DNA from: Cyanobacteriota bacterium
GTDB lineage: Bacteria > Cyanobacteriota > Cyanobacteriia > Cyanobacteriales > Nostocaceae
Length of the DNA stretch: 64,000 nt
Direction: 5' to 3'
NCBI GenBank assembly: GCA_046045965.1
Contig: JBJOKS010000019.1
Span: 51,361-115,360, forward strand
Shown: piece by piece, positions 18,830 to 28,404 of the stretch
Layout of the letters: the number at the start of each line of letters is the position of its first letter
Numbering within the stretch: the stretch's first letter is position 1
Position numbers and translations under genes: made by a program
Notes under the pieces: model-generated
Databases searched by the model: none
What the model was told of the DNA's origin: nothing
What the model saw: only the letters and a program-made list of their open reading frames with translations

Positions 18830-19483
18830 ATGGTGGTGAAATCTGTGAGAAATAGGGGAGGAGTTAAATCGGTGCGTCAGGTGCGTGATGCGGAGGTGAC
18901 ACAGCAGCAGATTTTAGATGCAGCAGAGATTGAGTTTGCTAAAGATGGGTTAAAAGGGGCGCGGTTGAGTGCGATCGCGGATCGTGCGAAAATTACGACA
19001 GCGATGATTCATTATTATTTTGAGAATAAAGAAGGTTTGTATAAAGCAGTTTTGCAGCGTCCGATCAATGAAGCGTTATCAGTGGTAAATCAGTTAGATT
19101 TAGAAAAGTTACATCCCCAGGAAGCATTAAAGCAAATTATTCGCAGTGCGATCGCCTATGAAGCAGCTTATCCCCATCGTCAAATGTTGTGGTTTCAAGA
19201 AGCGAGTCAAAATCAGGGTTTGTACTTTAAAGAAATTAACCCCATGAATTTATATGCACCACTATTGAAGGTTTTAGAAAGGGGGATAAATGAAGGATAT
19301 TTTCGGTCTGTAGATCCATTTTTGACCTTAACTCATATTATTAGTGTGTGTATTTTTTATTTTGTAGTTCAAGAAAACTGGAAACATTTGACACCTGACA
19401 TAGATCGCCTCAGTCCAGAGATGGTAGAGAAACATACTGAAAGTGCGATCGCTCTTATTTTAGGTGGTTTGTTGATTAATTAA
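18830..19483 (+). CDS. TetR/AcrR family transcriptional regulator
   Basis: ILDAAEIEFAKDGLKGARLSAIADRAKITTAMIHYYFENKEGLY. Confidence 0.92.
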   Translation: MVVKSVRNRGGVKSVRQVRDAEVTQQQILDAAEIEFAKDGLKGARLSAIADRAKITTAMIHYYFENKEGLYKAVLQRPINEALSVVNQLDLEKLHPQEALKQIIRSAIAYEAAYPHRQMLWFQEASQNQGLYFKEINPMNLYAPLLKVLERGINEGYFRSVDPFLTLTHIISVCIFYFVVQENWKHLTPDIDRLSPEMVEKHTESAIALILGGLLIN

Positions 19484-19637
19484 GGGAACAGGGAACAGGG
19501 AACAGAAGGCAAGAGTTTATTCTTCCCATTCCCCAATCACCAATCACCAGTCCCCACTCCCAGTTGCATAAAAAGTGGAGGTTTTCATTTTTTGTGCTAT
19601 AACCCACACATAAAATGATTTTAGACAGAAGCGACTA

Positions 19638-22196
19638 ATGGAACCAGACAAACTAACCAGGTTTAAAGAGTACGGTGAGTTTATCCTCCGCAAAATTGAC
19701 TCTGTACCGCAACATCCCTCCCAACAAGAAGATTGGGTCCCTACTAGCCTGGATGACTGTCTAATGCGCTTGCGAGAAGCTGCACAAAAGACTGTGGAAA
19801 TGGCCACTTCACCTGTGAAAATTGGTGTGATGGGTGAATTTAGCAGTGGTAAAAGTTTGCTGTTAGGAAGTTTAATTGGTTATGCGGATGCCTTACCTGT
19901 GAGTGAAAATCCGACTACAGGAAATGTGACTGCAATTCATATCAAACCACAGGAAGGTTTTGCTACTACTCACATAGATAATTACACTGTTGAGTATTTA
20001 TCTCATGAAGGGGTAAATGAGTGTTTACACTTCATGTTAGCAGAAGCAAACCGTCGTGCTGTAGCTGCTGGTTTACCACCTTTACAAGTTTCTAAAATTA
20101 AAACTGGTAAAGATATTTCTACTTGGTGTGAAGAAGCTTGGAAGAGTTCCAATAATTTAGAATTACGCTATCTTTTACGGGAATTAGTGTTATTTTTGCG
20201 GGCTTATCAAGCCTATGGAGAAGCTTTATGTGGTAAGCATTATCACATTGATGCAGAAACAGCAAAGGAAGGTTTACAATTAATTGAATTGCCGATGGCG
20301 ATTCAAACGTTAAGATTTGATGATTTACCGCCGGCACATATTCGTTTACCGAGTGCGCCCCAAGTTCTCCAAACTCAATTATTACAAAATAGTTTTCACC
20401 TGATTCGTAGAGTTGATATTGAAGTCAAAATATCAAGGGAAATTTGGGATTTATCTGGTGCGGAAGAATTTGTATTATTAGATTTTCCCGGTTTAGGTGC
20501 GGCTAATTCTGGTGCGCGAGATACATTTTTATCATTAAGAGAATTGGCACAGGTGCAAACAATTTTAGTGTTATTAAATGGTAAATCACCGGGGAGCGAT
20601 CGCGCCAACAAAATATTTACCATGATGCAGCAACAACGCCCCGGACAAGATTTAAAAGATTTAATTCTGGTAGGTGTGGGACGTTTTGATCAACTACCTT
20701 TAGATAGTGAAGGTGGGGAAAGAATTTTAGATTTTTTAATTGCAGATCATCCTAACGCCCAACCTTTACAAACAGACGTAGTTTTTCAGAAATTAAAAGT
20801 TCTGCAAACTATCATTGATGGTGCAGAGGCTTTTACTACCCAAAAAGACCGCATCGTTTTATTATCACCATTGTTAGGGTTAGCAGAATTAGCCAAACGT
20901 TCGACTACAGTTAAAGCCGGTTCCGAAGAATTTTTAGCTAATTTAGATTATCCTGATTATCTAGAACGTTCCAAGAAATTACAACATAAATGGGGTAAAT
21001 TAAGCGAAAAATTATTAACAACTGAACCGCGTAATTCTCTAGGTAGACAGTTAGGTTATTTTGCCCAAGATGGGGGTGTTAGTAAACTGCGGGAATTGAT
21101 TCAAAATCATGTAGCTACTCATGGTTTAAAACAATTATATGAAGATACCCGCAGGGCGGCTGATCTTATTCATCAACAACAAGAACAACTGAAATATATC
21201 ATCGCTGAAATTCACGAACAAGGCATACCTACGGCTGATAGTCCGGCGTTAATTGAGTTACGTTTAGCTATTGAAAGTTTAGATAAAACTTACAGAAACT
21301 TTCAAAAAGACTTGGGTAAAGAACCACTCAAAGATAGACGGGGACTGGTCGTTAGCGATGTGATCAAAGATGAATTAACCTATAGAATTCTCAATTGGAA
21401 TCAATGGACTTTACTATTTAATAAATGTCAAAATGGGACAATTGCTTTAGCAGAATCTAAAGGTGCTGCGGGGAAATTATTTGACAGAGGAAATAGAGTT
21501 AATAATTCCCTACCTACTAAGAGTGATGACTTTTATCCAGAGTTTGAAAAGACAGTTAAAGAACTAGAAGATTTTGCTCGCGATCGCATTCGTCAAGCTG
21601 TGGTAGACTTGTTGAATAAATTAGCCCATCAAGTAGTGCTAGAACGGGAGAAATTACAAGCAATTCTTAATCCTGAAATGGAACAATTTATTGAAGATAC
21701 ATTTGGAGTTGAAGCCGCAGATTTATTTTATAAACTCCTGTTAGGATGTGATCCAAACCAATGGAAAGAAGCGATTATTGTGGAAATAAATAATCAAGAT
21801 AAATCAATCTCTCCTGAAATTATGTTTCCCCTAGCACGACGGGATGAAAAACACAGTATTGGACAAATATTTGATTGGTCTCCAGAGAGAAATCAATCTT
21901 CATCTCGTGCAGCAAATCATCAACTTTTTGTTTTACGACTGCGAGATGAAATTACAGCTAGTGCTAGTCTGCACCTTGTCCAATATATCAGCGAAGTTAA
22001 TCAACAAGTGAATGCAGAATTAGAAGGAATTTTAGATCAAATAATTCCCAGTTTACAAAACTTGTCTAAAAAAGAAGAACTTCTCAGATATATTGCTGCT
22101 GGAGACTCAACCCCAGAATTAGCAATTCCTAATTGGTTAGAAATTCTTGCAGATATTGCATCAATTAATGAGAGTGATATTTATGAGTATTTTTAA
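19638..22196 (+). CDS. Dynamin-like / SrfC-like P-loop GTPase
   Basis: G1 GEFSSGKS, G2 NPTTG, G3 LLDFPGLG, G4-like GRFD; helical C-terminal half; 852 aa. Confidence 0.75.
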   Translation: MEPDKLTRFKEYGEFILRKIDSVPQHPSQQEDWVPTSLDDCLMRLREAAQKTVEMATSPVKIGVMGEFSSGKSLLLGSLIGYADALPVSENPTTGNVTAIHIKPQEGFATTHIDNYTVEYLSHEGVNECLHFMLAEANRRAVAAGLPPLQVSKIKTGKDISTWCEEAWKSSNNLELRYLLRELVLFLRAYQAYGEALCGKHYHIDAETAKEGLQLIELPMAIQTLRFDDLPPAHIRLPSAPQVLQTQLLQNSFHLIRRVDIEVKISREIWDLSGAEEFVLLDFPGLGAANSGARDTFLSLRELAQVQTILVLLNGKSPGSDRANKIFTMMQQQRPGQDLKDLILVGVGRFDQLPLDSEGGERILDFLIADHPNAQPLQTDVVFQKLKVLQTIIDGAEAFTTQKDRIVLLSPLLGLAELAKRSTTVKAGSEEFLANLDYPDYLERSKKLQHKWGKLSEKLLTTEPRNSLGRQLGYFAQDGGVSKLRELIQNHVATHGLKQLYEDTRRAADLIHQQQEQLKYIIAEIHEQGIPTADSPALIELRLAIESLDKTYRNFQKDLGKEPLKDRRGLVVSDVIKDELTYRILNWNQWTLLFNKCQNGTIALAESKGAAGKLFDRGNRVNNSLPTKSDDFYPEFEKTVKELEDFARDRIRQAVVDLLNKLAHQVVLEREKLQAILNPEMEQFIEDTFGVEAADLFYKLLLGCDPNQWKEAIIVEINNQDKSISPEIMFPLARRDEKHSIGQIFDWSPERNQSSSRAANHQLFVLRLRDEITASASLHLVQYISEVNQQVNAELEGILDQIIPSLQNLSKKEELLRYIAAGDSTPELAIPNWLEILADIASINESDIYEYF

Positions 22197-22254
22197 AGGA
22201 AGAAGGGAACAGGGAACAGTAAATAGGTATTAGTCTTAGGTTTTTTCCGCGTCT

Positions 22255-22328
22255 ACCAATTACCAATTAGCAATTACCCATTACCCATTACCCATTACCC
22301 ATTACCCATTACCCATTACCCATTACCA
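22255..22328. repeat. STRR heptamer array (TTACCCA/TTACCAA)n
   Basis: About 10 tandem units ending just before the ATG at 22339. Confidence 0.95.
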
Positions 22329-22338
22329 AACTTAAATT

Positions 22339-25300
22339 ATGCCTGTGGAAATTAATCTTCCACCCAAATATCAACTGAAAGTTAAAGAAAATCAAAGTTT
22401 GGATTTACCAGCTATCCAAATTGTCGCTACAAATAGTAATATTCCTCATATTTCTAGTATTACTTGTAGCGTTAAAGGAACACCCACAGAATTAGCAACG
22501 GAAATTCAACAAACTTATAAACACTTTAACTCTGCTACACCGCAAAAAATCTCTAACTTATGTCAATTAGGACAATATCCTTATCAGTTAGAGAACCCTT
22601 TAAGCGAAACAGTCAACTGTAATTTACAAGTGATTGTGGAGTATTTTGATTCTGATGCTACAGGAAAACCAATATTATCTATTAAGAAAAATATGGGTGT
22701 TTCCTGTAATCTTTGGTTTACACCTGATTTTGAAACAACAACAAATAAACCTATGAATCCTTTTGAATTAGATACCTATCTCAATAAATTAAGTCAACAA
22801 TTAAGTGAAAAACTCAACGAAAAACCTCAGAAAAGATTTCCTGGTTGGTTCGCGGTAGATTTTGGGACTTCTAACTCTACAGTCACACTTTTTGACCCTA
22901 TTGAAGTACCCATTGCGGAAGTTTTACCCAGAGAACAAGAATTAAGATTACGTCAAAGGTTAGCAGAATGGTTAAATTCTCCTGCTGCTTCAGCTTTACC
23001 AGATATAGGTGTAAATGAGTGGGAAAAGTTTATTGCTAATATTAGTAAAAACTTAGAAATTGAACCAGAACAATTAAGCGAAGTTTTTGAAAGTGATAAT
23101 AAAGAAATCTTTTTAGAAGCAATTCGCCAAATTGAATTATGTTTAGGAAATAGTGAGAGATTTCGCCGCGCTGTTAGCAAAAAACTTTATCAAATATATC
23201 ACGAAGTTTTTAGAGTTCCCACTTTAGAATCACAAAATTTGATTCCTGTAGTTTTAGATATTGACAGACGGGAAACAGAAATTCCCAGCGAAATGGAAGT
23301 ATCACAAATAGAACCCTTAAAATTGCAGATGGGTAGAGAAGCAAGGGATAATAGAAAAAAAGCCATTGCCCAAGGTACAATTACTTCTGTTAAGGATATA
23401 ATTAGCAGATTTCATCATTCACCTAAACGTTATTTTGGACAAAATCGTACCTTTCCAGTGATATTAAATGAGGAAGAAAACAACATTCAAGTTAATCAAT
23501 TAATTCAAGCAGCATGGGCGCATTTAATTGAATTAACAGAAGATTATCGTCAACGTGCTAGGAGGAGATTTTCTGAAGGAGATTTATTAACAGGAGTTTT
23601 CACCTATCCTACAGTTGCACCTCCAGTAGTGAGAAAAGAAATTAAAGCATTAGTAGAAGAATTAGGAATTGATGATGTCCAAACAGCTTATGATGAAGCG
23701 GTTTCTGTAGCTATCTTTTTCTTATGGCGAGAATTTGGTGGGAATTTAAATATTGGTATTGAATCATTTAAAACTCGTTGTCGTCAAGAAAAAAATAAAT
23801 GGTCACAAAATGTTTTAGTTTTAGATATCGGTGGTGGAACTACAGACTTAGCATTAATTGAATTGACATTAGAAGATAAAACTCCATTTTTTGCAGATCA
23901 TGAAGATCGGGGTTTAGGTGGACGTTATTATAAACTGACACCGAAATTATTAGGTTCTTCTGGACATTTACAGTTAGGTGGTGAGTTAATTACCCTACGC
24001 ATTTTTAGACTTTTAAAAGTTGCTATTGCCGATTTTCTTTTAACAGCAATAACCAACGGAGACATAGAAAGCGACAAATTAGAAGATTTAATCAACTCAG
24101 AATTAAACGAACGCTTTTTAGAAGATGGCAAATTTAAAAGTGGCAGTTTATTAAAGTGTGTAGACAAAGAAAACCCCGAAGGTGACGTAGCTTTCAAAGA
24201 TGCTTTAGATACAGCCGAAAAAGTATTACCTACCCGATGGCAACAAGCACCCCAACGTCTACAAACATTTTACACCCTGTGGGATCATGCGGAATCTGCA
24301 AAATTAAAATTAGGGCAAAAATCACCCGCAGATGGTTCTTTATTCACCTTCACCCTTTCCGAACAACAAATTAGTGAACTCCTTGCCCAAAGTGCAGTTA
24401 AATTTCAAATAATTATCCCTGATGCTATCTCCATAACCATAGACAGTCAACAATTTGAACGGGCGGCAATTTCCGCAATTAAAGAAGCAATAGGTATTGC
24501 CAAAGGCTTGATGGAAAGCCGTTTAAATGCAGACAATAAACAAAAAGTAGACTGGTTAATTCTCTCGGGTAAAACCTGCAATTTGGATTTAGTACAAAAA
24601 CAAATCTACCAAGAATTTAGCAAATCTCCCTATTTTGTTTGGAACCCAGAACGCATTACCTTCGTTTTAGAATTTACCAAATTAGCAACTTCCGCAGGTG
24701 CTTGTTACGCCGAAAAATTAAGAAGATTAAGATTTGATCCCGAAGAATCTAAAAGCTTACTGCGTAAAGGTGCAAACCAGCTAGAAATAGATGTCAAAAA
24801 CCTATTTTATTACCTACCTTGCAACTTCAAACGCAAAACCCAAAGTAGCGAATTATTATCTATATTCAACGCGGGACAAGAACTTTATCAACTTGCAGCG
24901 TGGGAAAGTGTAGCTAAAGTGCGGACAAATTGGCAAGGTATCCAATTAACAAACATTATCTATCGTCAAGACTATGAAGATGGAGAATTGCGTTTATGGG
25001 GTAGCTTTGATGGTAAAAATTTACTAGAGAAATTAGGGATGGAAGAACCAGAATTTCTCAAAAAAATTAAAGTGCAATTTGAAATAGATCAAACCTTACA
25101 ATTTAGCGTTTTACTATGTCAAGGTAATCCCCATTATTTAATAGATGATCAGGGAATTAACATCAATTATGTCATATCCGCAAATTCAGAACCAGCCGAT
25201 TTATTTACTGATGAACAATTAAAATGGAATATCGCCATTGAACAACCCCGTAAAGACTTAACCGATGGTGATATCGCCATCAATGTATTAGAATCAGCAA

Positions 25301-25737
25301 CAGTTGATCAACCAGATGCTTATCATTTAGTATTTGCAGTTGATAGCAATCAAAATCAATCTTTACAAACATTTCACTATTTACAAGATGGTGTTAACGA
25401 ACCAGGAAAAGGGTTAATTAGTAATCCTTTACCTCCCTTCCCACAAAATGGTCAACACACTTTTTATATTTATCAAACAGATAGCGAAACCAATACCAAA
25501 AAATGGATACGTATCGGCGCACTTAGTAAACCAGATATCACCACAGATTATCCCTGTCAATATCATGTCACACTTGATAATAAAGGTATATTAAGAATGC
25601 ACGCAGGTGAAGTACCTTATTGGACATCACATAATCAAGAATGTCTGAAACAAGAAGGATGTGTTTATCGTGCAGAATTAGAATTACAACCCAATGAAAT
25701 TGATAAAGAACGCGATCCTTTTTGCGGAATACATTAA
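22339..25737 (+). CDS. Large Hsp70/actin-fold ATPase (SrfB-like), not canonical DnaK
   Basis: Phosphate-1 AVDFGTSNS, HHSPKRY, TYP, DEAVSVA, phosphate-2 VLDIGGGTTD, LGGELIT, AESAKLKL, adenosine-like ILSGKTCNL; 1132 aa. Confidence 0.78.
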   Translation: MPVEINLPPKYQLKVKENQSLDLPAIQIVATNSNIPHISSITCSVKGTPTELATEIQQTYKHFNSATPQKISNLCQLGQYPYQLENPLSETVNCNLQVIVEYFDSDATGKPILSIKKNMGVSCNLWFTPDFETTTNKPMNPFELDTYLNKLSQQLSEKLNEKPQKRFPGWFAVDFGTSNSTVTLFDPIEVPIAEVLPREQELRLRQRLAEWLNSPAASALPDIGVNEWEKFIANISKNLEIEPEQLSEVFESDNKEIFLEAIRQIELCLGNSERFRRAVSKKLYQIYHEVFRVPTLESQNLIPVVLDIDRRETEIPSEMEVSQIEPLKLQMGREARDNRKKAIAQGTITSVKDIISRFHHSPKRYFGQNRTFPVILNEEENNIQVNQLIQAAWAHLIELTEDYRQRARRRFSEGDLLTGVFTYPTVAPPVVRKEIKALVEELGIDDVQTAYDEAVSVAIFFLWREFGGNLNIGIESFKTRCRQEKNKWSQNVLVLDIGGGTTDLALIELTLEDKTPFFADHEDRGLGGRYYKLTPKLLGSSGHLQLGGELITLRIFRLLKVAIADFLLTAITNGDIESDKLEDLINSELNERFLEDGKFKSGSLLKCVDKENPEGDVAFKDALDTAEKVLPTRWQQAPQRLQTFYTLWDHAESAKLKLGQKSPADGSLFTFTLSEQQISELLAQSAVKFQIIIPDAISITIDSQQFERAAISAIKEAIGIAKGLMESRLNADNKQKVDWLILSGKTCNLDLVQKQIYQEFSKSPYFVWNPERITFVLEFTKLATSAGACYAEKLRRLRFDPEESKSLLRKGANQLEIDVKNLFYYLPCNFKRKTQSSELLSIFNAGQELYQLAAWESVAKVRTNWQGIQLTNIIYRQDYEDGELRLWGSFDGKNLLEKLGMEEPEFLKKIKVQFEIDQTLQFSVLLCQGNPHYLIDDQGININYVISANSEPADLFTDEQLKWNIAIEQPRKDLTDGDIAINVLESATVDQPDAYHLVFAVDSNQNQSLQTFHYLQDGVNEPGKGLISNPLPPFPQNGQHTFYIYQTDSETNTKKWIRIGALSKPDITTDYPCQYHVTLDNKGILRMHAGEVPYWTSHNQECLKQEGCVYRAELELQPNEIDKERDPFCGIH

Positions 25738-25768
25738 ATGAGTTAACAGTTGTCAGAAAAATGCACCA

Positions 25769-25885
25769 GCGATTAGAAATCGCGGCTATACTATACAGAC
25801 AAAACCCACCTCCGTGGGTTCTATCTAAATTTTTAATTAGTCCACGCAGGTGGGCTTAGTTTGTGTAGTAGCGATTTCTAATCGC
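25769..25885. mobile_element. MITE/REPIN-like palindromic element
   Basis: Termini GCGATTAGAAATCGC...GCGATTTCTAATCGC; inner arms also pair (TACAGACAAAACCCACC / GGTGGGCTTAGTTTGTGTA). Confidence 0.7.
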
Positions 25886-25908
25886 CCTTTTAAAATATCC
25901 TCTTTCCT

Positions 25909-27039
25909 ATGATCCAACATTTACAGCAATTATTAGCAACAGAAAATTCTCAAATCTCTCAATTATTAAAATTGCACTTATACGGACTAGAAGCAATTTT
26001 AAATCAAGCCCAGATAGAGTATCTAAATGATCCAGGTAATGATTTATGTGAAAAGGTAATACTAGAAATTCACAACCTTTTACAACCTCAACTAATTCCC
26101 GAAAATATAGAAACTGTAGAACCTGTAGAAAATGTAGTTATTGATGAATCTCAACCTGATCAATTATTAAATGAACTCAGAGAAGTTTTTCATACAGATT
26201 TAGAATTAAATTTTTATTTAGGAGATACACCATTACAAAGTCAAAATGATGCTGATTTATGGAATGAAATTCACCGTAAATTGTTACGAGTTCCTGAAGA
26301 TTTAGCCACATCTTGGCGAAAATATGCTTTAGAAATGGCGAAAAAAATTGGCGCAACAGAAGATTATGTAAATCTTGTTCACCTACCTTTTGTGCGGGAT
26401 GAAATTATTTATCCTGGTTTAAATGGTACTATCCAAGCTAGAGGTTTATGTTTGTCAAAAAAAGCCCTTCTCAAATCAGATATTGGACAATTATATAATT
26501 CGGAAGATTTGCATTTATTAGCAGGATTTTTACTTTTATATACTAAATTTATAGAGATAGAACCTGATTTACATCATGCTTTAAAAAGTGTGTTTAGCTT
26601 TGATGTTGTTTCCTTGCATTCCCAACCAGAACAACGTCAGCTTTATCTGCAAACATTGAGCGATCGCTTACAACGTACCCAAAAAACTGAGGAAAATACT
26701 GATCCGATTTACAATCTACGTGCTTGGCTTGACATAGATGAAGCCATACATTCCCTAGTATTCCTTCCTCCAGCCGAGCGTTATTCCTGGTGGGGTAAGT
26801 TACAACAAGAATCAAGACGTATTATTAAAAAAGTAGCCAATAAAGCGATAAAAGCCGGTTATGATGTGCGAATTAGACAATTATCAGGACTTTATGCTGA
26901 TATTTGTGCTTATTCCAAAGATGATCTACAATTAGAGCATGGTGGAACACCTGGAGAAGTATTAACCTGTTTGCGTTTATATGCACGAATAAATCAAGAA
27001 GAAAATCCGGGGAGGGTGCTATTTCGGTCTTTACGGTGA
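25909..27039 (+). CDS. Hypothetical protein, possible GrpE-like C-terminus
   Basis: 376 aa, mostly helical; ends GGTPGEVLTCLRLYARINQEENPGRVLF. Confidence 0.75.
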   Translation: MIQHLQQLLATENSQISQLLKLHLYGLEAILNQAQIEYLNDPGNDLCEKVILEIHNLLQPQLIPENIETVEPVENVVIDESQPDQLLNELREVFHTDLELNFYLGDTPLQSQNDADLWNEIHRKLLRVPEDLATSWRKYALEMAKKIGATEDYVNLVHLPFVRDEIIYPGLNGTIQARGLCLSKKALLKSDIGQLYNSEDLHLLAGFLLLYTKFIEIEPDLHHALKSVFSFDVVSLHSQPEQRQLYLQTLSDRLQRTQKTEENTDPIYNLRAWLDIDEAIHSLVFLPPAERYSWWGKLQQESRRIIKKVANKAIKAGYDVRIRQLSGLYADICAYSKDDLQLEHGGTPGEVLTCLRLYARINQEENPGRVLFRSLR

Positions 27040-27059
27040 AAACCCCATTGCGGTTTTCC
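27038..27059. terminator. Hairpin between convergent genes
   Basis: GAAAACC-CCATTGC-GGTTTTC. Confidence 0.45.
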
Positions 27060-27072
27060 CTGCTCATCTATG

Positions 27073-27279
27073 CTACATACCAGGAGTATTAGGAGGTGTA
27101 GGACGGGGAGTAGTAGGAGGTGTTGTAGGACGATCTTCTGGTTTACGTTCAGCCTCAGCTTCAGGAGTTTGAGCAAATATAGTGTGTTGTGTGTTCGTAG
27201 CTTGAAGGTCTTTGGGTATGGCCGCAACAGCAACGGTTCCTAAAAATGCTAGTAAAGCCACGGGTGCTAAAAGTCTCAT
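27073..27279 (-). CDS. Small secreted Pro/Thr-rich protein
   Basis: AAGGA SD; signal-like MRLLAPVALLAFLGTVAVA; PTTPP-rich tail; 68 aa. Confidence 0.6.
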   Translation of the reverse strand: MRLLAPVALLAFLGTVAVAAIPKDLQATNTQHTIFAQTPEAEAERKPEDRPTTPPTTPRPTPPNTPGM

Positions 27280-27479
27280 ATTGTTATTCCTTTGAAGACT
27301 TACGTAACCCTATTTTGAACAATCTGCAAATTCTATATATCTCGCTTTAGGTAGTCTTGCTTATGTTACTTAAGTTATAGAAACTCATTTCCAAAAAATT
27401 CTAAATTTGTTGTTTCAGGAAGATGTAAAGAGGGAAGGTTGGGTTTATCTAATAACAAATTTATCCTCAATTTCTCCAC

Positions 27480-28205
27480 TTATTCACCACCAGCAAAAAA
27501 CAGCGGTAACACAAAAGCAGCTACAATTCCCAACAAAACAAACACCTCAATAATTCTCAAACCCAAATTCTTCTGCATTAACTGATTAATTTCAGCACTC
27601 AAATTATTAGGAAAATTATGCCACCAACCAGAAAAACGACTATACCAATTTCTAGGACTATCTTCTGTTCTAAATTTCCATGAAAACATTGATAATAACA
27701 AAGGCGTACCACCCACCTTAGCAGACATTAGAAGATGAATGGCTAAACAGCAAATCATAATCAACCAAGCTATCAAATGAAAATAATACCAAATATGATC
27801 AAGTTCCCCTATTGGTAGCCATTCTTCCTTCATCATTCTGCCAGATACCACCGCTAAAACTGAAGCAATTAGCATCAAAGTATTTGCTAAACGTTGCAGA
27901 CTCACCCACCAAATTGGTTTATTAAATTGTGAGAGTTTTTCGATAGAATCTGCTTGTAATAAACGCCTTTCACCAGCATGAAAACTATATAATGCGAAAG
28001 CTGGTAATAACAGTAAAAAGAATAAACCCGCAGTTCCGTGAATATCCTGAATCGGATCAATTTTGGGAATGGGAAGTTTACCGAATCTTTTGTCAAAAGT
28101 ATTGTAAACTAAAAACCCGGTGATAATAGCCGCAATGACTAAAATTCCGCTGATACCGTGTAAAATCCGTAATAACAAAGGTTGATAAGGTGCTGAACCA
28201 GTCAT
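27480..28205 (-). CDS. Cytochrome b/b6-like (Ni-hydrogenase cyt b type) membrane protein
   Basis: YQPLLLRILHG, IHGT, YYFHL and AIHL: four His residues in TM helices. Confidence 0.8.
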   Translation of the reverse strand: MTGSAPYQPLLLRILHGISGILVIAAIITGFLVYNTFDKRFGKLPIPKIDPIQDIHGTAGLFFLLLLPAFALYSFHAGERRLLQADSIEKLSQFNKPIWWVSLQRLANTLMLIASVLAVVSGRMMKEEWLPIGELDHIWYYFHLIAWLIMICCLAIHLLMSAKVGGTPLLLSMFSWKFRTEDSPRNWYSRFSGWWHNFPNNLSAEINQLMQKNLGLRIIEVFVLLGIVAAFVLPLFFAGGE

Positions 28206-28404
28206 GGTAACAATTTTTAATTTTCATAATGTATAATTTTAAAATATTCGAGTGCTAATCGCAATCTAATCTGATTGATGAATATTTTTTGATGAACGAA
28301 CCGCAAAGAACGCAAAGGACACGAAGGAGGAAAAAAAAGAATATAAGAAATTTTCAAGTAAATCAAAATTCAAAAGTTAGCAGTTAGCAAATTGTATATA
28401 TTTT

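Noticed and set aside
22339..25737. Canonical dnaK
   Set aside because: Too long, no recognisable DnaK linker or substrate-binding domain, and no dnaJ nearby.
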